Below are positions 1 to 13,030 of a stretch of 64,000 bases of DNA, one piece after another (position 1 is the first letter of the stretch; each line of letters begins with the position of its first letter). Location: positions 1,397,495-1,461,494 of the forward strand of contig CM119270.1 of the NCBI GenBank assembly GCA_051294375.1, read 5' to 3'. Origin of the DNA: Paraspadella gotoi (taxonomy: Eukaryota; Animalia; Chaetognatha). Made by a program: the position numbers and the translations under genes. Under the pieces are notes generated by a model. It was given only the letters and a program-made list of their open reading frames with translations, had not been told where the DNA came from and searched no databases.

Positions 1-1299
1 ACCGAAAGGATTAAATTAGAAAAAGAAATAAAGAAAAGAATTCTCCGGACTTAAAAGAAAAGCTCAAGTTCCAAATTGGAGCGCCTAAACAAATAAGGAG
101 GCGGAATTTAGAAAAAAAAAAGAAGAGCCCATAATCGTGAAACTCGGAAGAGTCGGCTTAAGGCTTAACCGCTGTGTCCTGCTTACTTTTCCCGAGATCT
201 CCATCTCTAGACGGAAGACGACGGACACACGGACCGGACGAAAGACGCCCGAAACAGACAGTCAATACCATACGCCGGAGGGCTGCCGGCCGTTCCTTCT
301 GCTCCCGGCCGATTATAGCGTCCCTTTAGCGGACGATTCCGGCTTATATACGGACATTTGCGCTTTCGACTTTTAATCTTCGCCTAAATTATCGAAATAT
401 TTCCCCCGATTACTTAGTACAGAGACATTATTAAAAAAAACCATGGNNNNNNNNNNNNNNNNNNNNNNNNNGAGAGAGAGAGAGAGAGAGAGAGATGTTT
501 TTGGAATCCTGTTTCGCTCTTCCTTTGCCACCGGCGATGGAGTTCGTGTTGTTGTTGTTGTCGTTGTTGTTTGTGACAATGTACATAACACTTCGTTTAT
601 TTATCAAATACATTGACTTTTGTTATCTAGTCGCTTAAACGTAAGTTAATGTTACTAACGTCGTTAGTCAATTGCTCTCAAAAACTGCTGAATTGTTAAA
701 AAAACAATATTCTTTCTTCTTTATATTCATCTCAAAATACTAGGGAATCAATCAATGAACAAATTCCTCAAAACGTTTGTTTGTTTTTAATTGAACAAAC
801 ATCTAATTGGTTCTTCATTTCGAACGGCGTCTGTTTGGTCTCTCAGCATTTGGCTCTGATCTGATTTCTTTGTTTGTATATTTCGTTTGTTTGCAAACTT
901 CGTCTTTAGCGCTGGAAAAATATTTGCTTGTTTGTATTAAAAAAACATTCTAAGCGCGTAATTTGGTCCGAGAATCAAAAATCTTGTATAATTCATCGCC
1001 GGGGTCAGAGAGCGAGGGAGAGAGAGAGGGAGAGTGAGANNNNNNNNNNNNNNNNNNNNNNNNNATCACAAAAAACCCCACCCTCGCCCACGCTACCTTC
1101 CACAATCCCACCATCCAGCAGGCCTCGGCGCGAAGACGCTGTCTCTCTCTCCAATTTCCGTTTAACAATAACAATATTCTGCGTGACAAACCTCAGAACC
1201 GAACAAGATGGAAGCTCGGAGTTTCTGAACAAAACACGGGATGGTTTGAAAAAAATCTCTCTCCATCTCTCTCTTCTTCTTCTCTCTCTCTCCTCTTCG

Positions 1300-1331
<32 letters not shown>

Positions 1332-1591
1332 CTCTTCTCTCGTCTCTCCTCCTCGGTCTCGTGCTCTCTTTAGAAACGGGGGTGCGATTAATATATTGAC
1401 TTAGTTTTCTACTATTACGCCGTCGCTTTCGCTTGATCAATAACCTTTGTTGGCTTTAGGCATATATATCTAGTTATGCGTTTCCCCTTGGCTTCTTTAC
1501 CCTGGTATTCGTGGTCGTCGTCGTCGTCGTTGTCGTCGCTGGTCGTCGTCCACGTGCGGTCGAGAGTCATTCTCAGGCACTTGTCCCGGGC

Positions 1592-1660
<69 letters not shown>

Positions 1661-2030
1661 CAGAGAGAGAGGAAGAGAGAGAAGAGAGAGAGAACATAAA
1701 ACTCTCTACTCTTAGCCGCGTATGTTTTTAAAACCGACCGCCCCTTTCGGCAGCCAAAAATATTTGTCTCTCTTTATCTAAAAATATTTATTAGATTGTT
1801 TTGGTCCTCCTCTGGCGTTGAAACGCATGTAACTTCTCTCCCAAGGCGTCTCCGCCTCTCTTCTCTTATTCCATGCTTCTTCTTTCTTGGTTGTAATTTT
1901 TTAAATTTAAAAAAACACAAAGGGGATACCTGGTTTTTTTTTTCCCAAAGACTTTAACGGGACCCTTTATATTCTTCACCGGGTCCCCCTCTTTAACTCC
2001 TTGTATCCTTGGGCCCATACTTATTTTTTT

Positions 2031-2063
<33 letters not shown>

Positions 2064-2139
2064 CCCCTTTCCCTTCCCTTTGGCCTTCTTCTTCTTCCTC
2101 TCCCTATTTTTTACAATTGAATTTCGGGAGACATTCAAC

Positions 2140-3877
2140 GGGTCTTCTTGGGTGCTGCATGTAAACAATTATGTCATATTATGGATTGATCAAATTCCTA
2201 TTTTACTGGTGTCATAGTGGGATGAGTAAAAAAGTTTTTTAAGGGGTCTCGCACTTAATTAATTTGATTTCTGTCTTCTATTATTCTCAGACAATTGGAG
2301 GCGCATGAGTCTATAGTCGTGTTGTGTTATAATCCATTTTTCCTCCTACTATAATAAGATTTTTAATAATACTGGACATCACTTAGAAATATTCGTAAAT
2401 TTATCTTGAGAAAACGCGCTACACTAATCGTACATGTATGGCACGTAGGATTAATGAGTATATGACTCACATTCAACATCTAAACTTTCTTCGACCTGGC
2501 GTCTATTATGGAACCGTGAGGACGCGGTTGCATTTAAAAACACAAATTCACTTACCTTTGTATTAGACAGGTTTATCATGTCCTCTTCTCTAACCCCACA
2601 CATCCAGCCAAACCCTGCTCCGCCCTACCGTATCCCCCCACCCCACCCTCTGCAACATCCCGAATATTCACCCACCTTTACTATGCTCTATGCTCAATTC
2701 ACCTAAATAACTCCCTCCATGCACATCTCTCTCAACTTTTTTTTTCTAAAAAAACTTTCCATCAATTTAAAACTCTTTCATCTCCGTCTCTCTCTCAATC
2801 TCATTTACACTTCTCGCTCCTCTCTTCTCTCTCCTCTCATCTGCTCATCTCTCATATATACTCTCAAGTTTCTAATCTATCTATCTTTTAATTCTCAAAT
2901 CAAAATCTTACATGAATATTTCAGAATACACACACCCTCCTTCCGTCGTTTTAAATCAATTCGTCTCTCCCCGGCGGCTCTCTCCACGCTTTCTGATGTG
3001 CGTATGGTCTTAAGATTTTTTTGAATGATTTATACCCGAACCACCTCAGCAGCAATGGGAGGCATGGCGAACGAGAGGTGTTCAGTTTCGGTTCGAACTC
3101 CCTCCTTCAAGAGATCTATATACTCCGCGGTATTTGAACATCTTGTGCCCAAGGTATGTACCACACGCGAGGGATCATTCCTGCACAGCGAAAAGCTACC
3201 TATATCAAGCCATTTACACTTTCCGTACGTGTATCAGGAACGCACAATATGGATTGGATTTGGGATTTTACTTAAAGAGAAGGGATTAGCAATTGAGAAG
3301 AGGGAAAAAAAGTGGAAGAAAAACACAATGGAATGAATCATTTGCTCTCTCCTCTCCTCTCGTCTGCTGTCCTCCACTTCGTTCTCAGTCACTCTCAGAG
3401 TTGCCGAAGTAGCTAATCACGGTTGCAGGAGTGGCCACAAAGTCTGACTCCCTGCTAGCTCAGCGGTTGCAATCTTTTAGGAGGCTCATTCTCTCACGCT
3501 TTGGCTCCTCCGAAGTCTCTTACGTGACCTTGCTCTCTCTGTTCGTTTCTTTTGGGAATTTGACTGTGCTTCGTTCTACATTCTGATTCATAGGTCCCGT
3601 GAGTGACATGTTCGGAGATAGTGCCGGTGTCCGGAGTGGTGAGGTAGGAGCGCTGTTTACCGCGATAGTGGTGATAATCACAAGGAATATGTGGGTCAGA
3701 GCCCATGGCCAGGAGTTTTATGCGCGGCTGATTCGGCATTGCCTGGATTTCCGGAAGAGTGAGCCATGAATCTTCCGTCACGTCCTAGTTCTGCGCGAAG
3801 AGGTGTTTATTAAGTCTGTAGTTTAGTTTTCGTCTAGATCATTTTTATTACGAAAATAGAAAGTGAAAAGAAGAGAG

Positions 3878-3955
<78 letters not shown>

Positions 3956-4092
3956 AGCTGAGAAAAGCCAAATGGAAAAAGAAAATGTGTTTTTTTTTTT
4001 CTTCAAAAAAAACTTATCTTTCTTTTTTTCTTAAGCTCAGAGATTCTTTCTCTTCTCTCTCTCTCTCTCTCTTCCTCTTCTCTCTCTTCTTC

Positions 4093-4126
<34 letters not shown>

Positions 4127-4940
4127 CTCTCCTCTTTTTTTCACTTCTATTTTCGTAATGTCTCCGAACAACTCATTGTAACATTGGAAGAGAGAGAGGA
4201 GTGAGAGAGAGAGAGAAAGAGAGAGAGATGCAGAGAGAGAGAGAGAGAGAGAGCAGAGAGAAGAGAGAGAGAGATGACGAGAGAGTACGGAGATGAGAGA
4301 GAGAGAGATTGTTCGTATTCCCTTGGTTTTTTCCCATTCTTCTTTTTTCCTCTTCTTCCATTTGCTAATCCTTTCTCTTTAAGTTCAATCCATCCAATCA
4401 TCATTGTGGTTCGATCCTTACGAAATTATGTGAGGCCTCTAGCCCGCTGCTGCCTGTCGGGTTTTGAGGGGGTTCGCGGGCTGCCTGTTCGACTGCCCCA
4501 GCTGCTGAGGGGTCGGATATTTCCATGCTGAGGCCGCGGGAATTGTTAAAACGACGATTTATCCGTGTTTTCTGAATTTATTCATTTCATTTTTTAATTA
4601 ATTAATCAATTAATTAAATATAATTTATTTAATTCATTTTTTAATTAACTTTAAATTAATTATACAAAAATTTTCCCTCTTACCCACGTCTAATAGCCAT
4701 AAAATTTTGATGCTGGAATTGCTATAATACACTTCTACGATCATAAGCGTTTTCCAAATTTTAACAATTCCAAGTTAATTTTTTTAATTTTGTGAGAAGG
4801 AAAATGATTTACACAACGTCTTAAGCTCAGCGCCTCCAATGCTGAGAAAAGGTAAGGCGCACCTTAAAAACCTTACCTCGTCTTTTCTATTTGATCAATC
4901 TCTTTGACCTTTTTGTTTACCCCCAGGAGCTTTCAAAGAC
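2140..4940. other. Large noisy palindrome centred at ~4000 (probable missed-adapter or fold-back long-read artefact)
   Basis: Mirror anchors: attacgaaaatagaaagtgaaaa (3847) vs 4138-4159; tgttcggaga (3609) vs 4161-4170; cttaaagagaa..gattagcaa (3271) vs ~4361-4383; attggaggcgc (2294) vs ~4830. The left arm is about twice as long, consistent with insertion noise. Confidence 0.75.
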
Positions 4941-5807
4941 GAGGGGGGCACGGGGCTGAGAATGGGAGCGGGTGACAGGAAAAGGGCAGGAACAGATAAA
5001 TGGCGGTTGTGAGATAAAGTGCAGTCACCGTAAAATCTTGGGCGGAAAAAACATTATCTTATGTTGTTTTTAAAATATATCTTTAAAATTAAATCGATAA
5101 TTTCATATATTTTATTTTTTTCACTTGTTTGTTTACGAAAGAGTTTATAAAAAAGATTATCGAAGTACTTTACGGTTGGTGAGAAAGAGAAAATAATAAT
5201 TGTGGTGGAATAAAAAGATAAATTTCCTGTTTTTGTTTAAAGTTTAAACCGTTTGCGCTCCAAAAAATCTCGGCCTTGTTTTAACAAAAGCCGGGCCCTC
5301 CCCGTTTTAAATTTTTTTTTACGTTCTTCGACAAACTAATACAACGAAGAAAGAGAAATTTTACTTTACTATTTTCCCTTTAAGTTTTGTCCTCCAAAAT
5401 GAAATGTTTTGATTGACTAAAACTTCGAGAAACCCAGTCTTTCCGACCCTTAAATATTATTACAATATGATAACCTCTACGGTATTAAAATTTAACCACT
5501 AGTTTAAAAAACAACAACACTTTAGAAGAAAAGAAACAAAAAAAAGCAAATATAAAAGAAATGTAGCTACTCTAAGAAAAGAAAAAAAAAGAAGAAATGA
5601 GGAAAAAGAAAAGAAAAAAGAAAAAAAAAAGAAAAGGAAAATTCGAAATTAATTTCTTCCTGAAAAAAATTTCAATTTCTCACTCTTCTAACTGAAATTT
5701 ATAATTGCGAAGGAAAAAAAAAGCAAGCCATGGTGTCTAATCAGCTTCTCTCCTCTCACTAGAGGTTAGCTGCGAGAGAGAGAGAAAGAGAGAGAGAGAG
5801 AGATGAC

Positions 5808-5840
<33 letters not shown>

Positions 5841-5889
5841 CAGAAAGGAGATTTTTCCAAATTTTTCGCTTTTTTAAGAAAAAAAAAGC

Positions 5890-5930
<41 letters not shown>

Positions 5931-6191
5931 AAAGAGGAGAGAGAGAAGAGCAGAGAGAGAGAGAGAGAGAGAGCAGAAACTAATTATTGTGCTGCGACGA
6001 CGTCTGCAGTGAAAAATAACCTCGGGGCCATGACGGCGAAGACGACGACGACGATCGAACGACGACGACGAAAAGAGGGAGTAAAGCGACGACTTCAAAA
6101 CGATGATGGCGAAGAAATAAAAAAGAGCGGAAAAGCAGCGAAGCAACAAATTTCGGTTATTATGACAGATGATGGTCTTCATTCTCTCTCT

Positions 6192-6247
<56 letters not shown>

Positions 6248-6892
6248 CTCTCTCTCTCTCTCTCTCTCTCTCTCGCGCTCTCTTTCCTTTCCTCCTCTTA
6301 CCCGTTTCTCTCAACCCGAGATGGAGACACTTATGACGAGGAGCATGATTAAAAGATAAAAAATGAAAATTAGAAGGGAGATGGGAAGGAGAGGAGAGAG
6401 AGGGAAGAGCAGTTATTGAGAGGGGAAGAGGAGAGAGGAGAGAGGAGAGCGGAGAGGGAAGAAAGCTGTAATGTGGTGCGGGAGAGAGCAGGGAGAGTGC
6501 AGAGGGAGAAGAGAGGGAGAGGAGAGAAAAAGGGTTCTTAATTTAAACTTGCAGAATCTTGTTCCTCTATTTCAAAACTTTATGAGTAACTAAAAGCCGG
6601 GAACCAGCATAAATAGAAATATAACATAAATAGAGAACATAAATAGCTAAAAAATGAGTGGCAAAAATAGATAAGAAAATCCACGGAAATTGATAAAAAA
6701 ATTAATAAAAAAAGGTTGTCTGCGCATTTTTGCTCAAATACAGAACAAAATTATAAATATTGGTATTAAAAATATAGAAATAATTATAAACTGTTCGTGT
6801 CGGATTGATAAATTTCTCTCATTTTTTGTTCCACCAAAGACTCACTCTGTCCCCACCCCGCGAGTCCTCTCCCTCTCTCTCTTTCTTTACAA

Positions 6893-6928
<36 letters not shown>

Positions 6929-7719
6929 CCTCTCTCATCTTTTTTCTTCTTTATATTTGGTTTCACACCACCGCAGCTACACTTCTTACAACTCACCTAA
7001 AAAAAGAGAGAGAGAAAAAAAAAAGATAAAACAGAAAAAAAGAGAAAATTCCCAGACTTAAAAATGGGAAAATCAAAGGAGTGGAACCTTTTAAAAAAAT
7101 AAATTATTTTGGCCTTTTTTCATTAGTTATGATTAAATATATATTTAATAAGTACGTCAAAATTCTTGCTTAAAACTGTATGTGATAGTAAGTAATAGTA
7201 AATAATATAAGTTAATAGTATTTTTATGGAGATCGAACGTGGTCTTAAGCGCGAAAGAAAGTTTACAAAATTTGAAAATTGAAAAAAAAATAAGTTGTAT
7301 TGTGAAAGTATTTGAAAAAATGTTCAACTGGCAATTAAAGTACAAATCGCCTCACTCTTTATTCACGAAAATTGGCAAAAAAAAAAGAATTAAGGAGAAA
7401 ATAAGCGGAGAATTAAGGGAGAACTAAGGAAAAAAAAAACGAAAAAAGAAATTAAGAAGAAGGAAAGGAAAATCGAGGCAGATCCCAAATTCTTTAGTTT
7501 TAGTCACCCAAAAAAAAAAGACCCCGTCCCCTCAACTCCATCCAAACTTCCATTTCCTTTGTCTCTCTCTCGCTCTCTCTCTCTCTCTACTCTCTTCTAC
7601 TCTCTCTCTCTTCTCTCCTCTCTCCTCTCTCTCTCTCTCTCTCCTTTCTCTTCTATCCCCAAAAGTTGCGGCGCTAAGAAATCAATAGAAAGTCGCTTGA
7701 AATGAAAAGGAACCCCTTC

Positions 7720-8380
7720 GTCGTTATCGTCGTCGTTCCGTCGTCGCAGGCTTTTCGTCGTCGTCGCTGTCGTCGTCGTCTTCGTCGTCTGGTGTCTGTC
7801 GTCGTCGCTGGTACCGTCGTCGTCCGTCGCTGTCGTCGTCGCTTCGCTTCGTCGTCGTCGTCGCTGTTCGTCGTCGTCGTAACGTCGTCGCTGTCGTCGT
7901 CGCGCGTCGTCGCTGTCGTCGTCTTCGTCGTTCGTCGTCGCTGTTCGTCGTCGTCGGTCGTCGTTCTTCTTCTTCGTCGTCGTCGTCGTCGTCGTCGTCT
8001 TCCTCGTCTGTTTCGTCACGTCGCTGTCGTCGTCGTCGTTGTCGTCGTCTTCTTCTGTCATTCTTCGTCGTCGTAGTCATTGCTGTCGTCGTCGTCATCG
8101 TCGTCGTCATCGCTGTCATCATCAATGCTGTCGTCGTCGTGTCTTCCCTCGTCATCGTTGTTCTCCTCGTCGCTCGTCGTCGGTCTTCTTCTTCTTCGCT
8201 CGTCGTCGTTCGTCCGTCGTCGTCGCCGTTCGTTCGTCGTCGTCGTCTTCTTTCTTCCTTCTTCTTCGTCGTCGTATTCGTCGACTTCGTTCTTCGTCGT
8301 CGCTGTGGTCGTTCGTCAGCTGTCTTCGTCGTCAGTCTTCTTCGTCTTCTCCTTTCTTCCTCGCGAGAATTCTCGTCGTC
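7720..8380. repeat. Degenerate (GTC)n/(TTC)n trinucleotide tract
   Basis: Visible directly; source of the spurious poly-R/S/V/D/T ORFs in the track. Confidence 0.9.
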
Positions 8381-8853
8381 ACATTAAAAGGATTAGTTTT
8401 GTATCGACCTCAACACTCTCAACACCTCAAACTCTCACACTCTCACAGAAGGGCGTATGAAGAACGCGGATGAGTTAAAGTGATTTATGAATAGAAATTG
8501 ATTCTGATATGCGCACCATGTAATTTGAAAGGATAGGCTTTCGTGTAACGATCGGGCGCTTACAATTTTACAATTTTACAAGTTCTTTACTATTGGATTT
8601 TTATTGGATAAAGAGGTTAATGCAAAAAATATGTAAGAAAGAAAGATGAAAAACCAAAACAAAAAAATTGTTCTAAAACTGATGATAAAAAATATTCTTT
8701 AGGCACAAAAAATGAAGACGACGGACGACGACGACGACGGACGACCAACGACGACTAAAATCTCATCTTTTGCCGCCACAAGAAAAGTTGATGTATGAAT
8801 CGAGAAATTTATTCTTCTTCTCTTTTCTTTCTTCTTTCTTTCTTTCTTTCTTC

Positions 8854-8889
<36 letters not shown>

Positions 8890-9019
8890 TCACAATAGGT
8901 GAACTTACCCCCAAAAACCCAACTCACCTTTTTCCTCCTCTTTCCTCCTCCTCCTCCGTCCTCCTACCTCTCTTTCTCGAAATAACTAACCCTAAATCCC
9001 TCGCCTGTGCGGTTCGAGA

Positions 9020-10380
9020 TTTCCTCCCTCTCTCCCTCCCTCTTTCTCTCCCCCTCTTTCCCCCCACTCCCTCCCCTCTCCTCACTCTCTCCCCTCTCCC
9101 CCTCCCCTCTTACCTCCCTTCTTTCCCCCTCTTCTCCCTCCCCCTTTTCTCTCACCTTCACCCTGCCCCTCTCTCCCTCCACTCCCTCCCCTCTCCTTCT
9201 CTCCTTCCCCTCTCCTCCCCTCTTCCTCCCTTTCTTCTCCCCTCTTCCTCCCTCTCTCCCTGCCCTCTCTTCCCTCCCCCACTCCCCTTCCCCCTACTCC
9301 TCTCTCCTTCCCCTCTCCCCCTCCCCCCTTTCCTCCCTTCTCCTTCCCCCTCTTTCTTTCTCCCTCTCTCTTTTGCCCTCTTCTCCCCCCCCACTCCTCC
9401 CCTCCTCTCTCTTCCCCTCCCCCTGCCCTCTTCCTCCCTCTCTTCTCCCCTCTTTCTCTCCCCTCTCCTCCCTACCCTCTCTCCCTCCCCCACTCCCCTC
9501 CCCTCTCCTTCTCCTTCCCCTCTCCCCCATCCCCCTCTTCCTCCCTTCTTTCTCTCCCCTCTCTCCCGCCTCTCTCCCTCCCCACTCCCTCCCCTCTCCT
9601 CCTCTCCTTCCCCTCTCCTCCTCCCCTCTTCCCCTTTCCCCTTTCATTACCCCCTCATCTCCCTCCTCCTTTCTCTCCCCTCTCTCCTGCCCTCTCTCCC
9701 TCCCGCCACTCCCTCCCCTCTCCTCTCTCCTTCCCCTCTCCCCCTCTCCCCCTCTCCTCCCTTCTTCCTCCACCTTCTTTCTCTCCCCTCTCTCCCCTGC
9801 CCTCTCTCCCCTCCCCCACTCCCTCCCCTCTCCTCTTCTCCCTTCCCCTCTCCCCCTGCCCCTCTTCCCTCCCTGTCTCCTCCCCTCTTCTCTCCCCTCT
9901 CTCCCCTGCCCCTCTCACCCTCCCCTCAACTCCCGCCCCTCTCCTCTCTCCTTCCCCTCCTCCCCTACAATCCCCTTCCTCCCTTCTTCCTCCCTTCTTT
10001 CTTCTCCCCTCTCTCCCTGCCCTCTCTTCCTCCCCCACTCCCTCCCCTCTCCTCTCTCCTCCCTACTCTCCCCCTCCCCCTTTCCTCCCTTCTCCTCCCC
10101 TCCTTTCTCATCCCCTCTCTCCCTGCCCCTCTCTCCCTCCCCCACTCCCTCCCCTCTCCTCTCTCCTCCCCTCTCCCCTCCCCCTCTTCCTCCTTCTTTC
10201 CTTCTCTCCCTCCTCCCTTTCTCTCCCCTCTCTCCCTCGCCCTCTCTCCCCTCCACTCCCTCCCCTCTCCTCCTCTCTCCTTTCCCCTACTCCCCCTCCC
10301 CCCTCTTCCTCCCTTCTTCCTCCCCTTCTCTCTTCCCCTCTTTCTTTCCCCACCTCTCTCCTCCCCCACTCCCTCCCTTA
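9020..10380. repeat. ~1.36 kb homopyrimidine/homopurine tract with higher-order units
   Basis: Almost exclusively C/T on +; ccccactccctcccctctcc recurs about every 80-90 nt. Confidence 0.9.
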
Positions 10381-12310
10381 CTTTCTCAAAAGGCATTCAT
10401 GTCTATTCTGACTTGTGTATGTATGTAATATTAACATTTATTTTTTTTGGCATTCGTAAGGATTTTAATTTTGCTTAAGTTTAACATCTTAAATATATTT
10501 TATATTTAATTTTCGTCGTCGTTGTCGTCGTCGTCGTCCTTCGTTGTCGTCGCTTCAAAACAAAAGGTAATCGAGCGACGTTTCACTCTATGCGGGTCAA
10601 TGTCAAACATTTTTGTAAGGGAGAAAAAAACATCTTTTCTTTTTTTCTTTTTCAGTCTTTTTTTATTTATATTTTTCTTTTTATTTAATATTTTCTTTCT
10701 TTCGTTTTGTAATATTCTTTAAAAATATTTTTTAATCTGAAAAAAAATAATACCGTACATGTTATTTAATTTTTACAGGTTTAAACTTTGAAAATATTAC
10801 AACATTACAAATCGCCTCAACCTTGATGGTAAAAATAATAATAATAATTAATTTTTAAAAAAATTCTATTTTTTACGAACTTTAAACAAACTAATTTTCT
10901 TATTCATTCGTGCAAGAAATCAAGGTTCTTTGTTCCATCTGGTGTTCGTGACGGATAGAGAAAAGAAGGAGAGAGTAAGAGAGAGGAGACGAGAACGCGA
11001 GAGAGAGAGAGAGAGAGTGAGAGAGAGAGAGAGAGGAATTGTTCAGAAACAAAGGATGGAAAAAAGAATTGTAAAGGGATGTAATTGCATTCTTTACCCG
11101 AACTTTCCCTTTTTAAGATGAGAGAGAGAGAGAGAGAGAGCAGAGAGAGAGACGAGGAGAGAATGAGATAGAGAGAGAGAGAGAGAGAGAGAGAAGAAGT
11201 AAAGGCTGGAGAGCAGAAATCCGGCTCTTAAAGAACTAAATCCCCCCTCTTAGTTCTGAAACGAAAAAAATTACAGTGAAACCAATATTTAAGAAATGTA
11301 CAGAAAATTATCACCCAATAATTTCTTATTTATGTAGAAAAAGCTTTAGAACATTTTTTGTAATTCAGATACTTATAAAAAAAAAAAGCTTTAAAACATC
11401 AAATTCTTATTTTTATATTCTTATTATTCGGTCACCAGTCGTATTCGGCACGGCTGTACTTTTTCAATAAAGATCGGAACAGCCGAAATACAGAGAAAAC
11501 CTTTTCTCTTTATCTTCACCGCGTTTCATTCCGTATGTTTATGATATTCGCATTAGACATTCGTGATATATTTGGCTTAATTTGTTTTAACTAGCATGTT
11601 AATATCAGTTCTCAAGATGTTCACTCGCCCAAAATAAAAGCAAAACAAAATTAACAATGTCTAAAGAAAACCAAACCAATTTTCGATGTTAATAATTGAA
11701 TTTATTGATTCACTTGATTCATTGATCAGTAAATGGAATAATTATTGCGTTATCCCGTTTATTTTATTGAAGGTGGTCAATTAAGAAAAAAAAATCTTTT
11801 ATAAATACTTTCAGTCGAACGGTAAAAGAAAATCTATAGCAAAATATTTAAATTAAACTTCGGTTCATTACAATTTACTTTTTTCTACTTATATGAAATA
11901 ATCGATCTAAAACCTCCTCATTACAATAAACAACGACAACCAACAACAAACAACGCAAGGATTTTTGAATGAGTAATTCCGTTTCTTCAAAAGGACGCAA
12001 CATTTTTTAAAAAACAGAGGGAACACCTTCCAACTCAGCTGCAAACCAATATTGACGCAAGATTAAAACAAACAAAGAAATGAGATACAAAACGATTATC
12101 TCTCTCTCTCTCTTTTTTTCTCGCGAGAAGAGCAGAAAGAGAGAAAAGTATAAAACCAACTCTTTGCAAATAGAGAGAGATGGTGGAGAGAGGCGAAGAG
12201 AGAGAGGAGAGAGTTTGTTCTTTACCCCATCCATGTTCAATCGTGACCAACGGGACGAGAGAGAGAGAAGAGAAGAATAAGAAGAAGCTTTTAAACTCCC
12301 CCCTCCTTCC

Positions 12311-12363
<53 letters not shown>

Positions 12364-12455
12364 CTCTCTCTCTCTCTCATAACTCTTTCCCTTTTCCGGA
12401 CTTTTTCAAACATTTGTTGAGCAAATAATAATTGAACAAAGATATCTCTGGGTCT

Positions 12456-12501
<46 letters not shown>

Positions 12502-12715
12502 TCTCTCTCCTCTCTACTCTCTTCTCTCTCTCTCTCTCTCGGGGAAGAACATCTGAAAGAGGGGAAAAAATCACAAATATTTTGTTTCTTATGCACCGAT
12601 ACTTCATAATTAAAATAAGTATTTAAATAATTATTTTTTTTTATTTAGAGAGTTATTTTTTTTTCATTAACTTTTCCCCATCGATCTGTCGGGCTTTCTT
12701 CCAACTACTAAGCTT

Positions 12716-12920
12716 AAACAACCAAGCTTTCCATCGACCAAGCACGCCTGAAACAACCATACTTTCCATCGACCAAGCACTCCTGAAGCAATCAAGCTTT
12801 CCATCGACCAAGCACGCCTGAAGCAATCAAGCTTTCCATCGACCAAGCACGCCTGAAACAACCGAGCTTTCCATCGACCAAGCACGCCTGAAACAACCGA
12901 GCTTTCCTTCGACCAAGCAC
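12716..12920. repeat. 35-bp tandem repeat, ~6 copies
   Basis: ccatcgacca recurs at 12731, 12766, 12801, 12836 and 12871 (variant at 12906); unit ~AAGCTTTCCATCGACCAAGCACGCCTGAAACAACC. Confidence 0.95.
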
Positions 12921-13030
12921 GTGGCCGAGTTCCGCGTCTGTCGTCGCAAGTCTTCGTCGCATTAATTGATTTTGTTGCATCGATCGACGGAGAAGAAAGA
13001 CCGCGACGAACCAACATCTCTGCCCACATC

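Noticed and set aside
3025-3336. 103-aa ORF that looks complex
   Set aside because: It is a corrupted reverse complement of ~4310-4530.
3400-3802. Apparent MFS-transporter-like peptide (FIGPVSDMFG...GALFTAIVVII) on + and ORF 3494..3781 on -
   Set aside because: Lies in the noisy left arm of the 2140-4940 palindrome (tgttcggaga mirrors 4161-4170), has in-frame stops, and is best explained as read noise.
7597-8473. Poly-R/D/T/S/V ORFs, and all (ER)n/(SL)n and X-filled ORFs elsewhere
   Set aside because: They are translations of microsatellites or N gaps.
9007-10428. 473-aa Pro/Ser/Leu ORF, the longest in the track
   Set aside because: A C/T-only tract cannot contain stop codons, so the ORF length is a compositional artefact.
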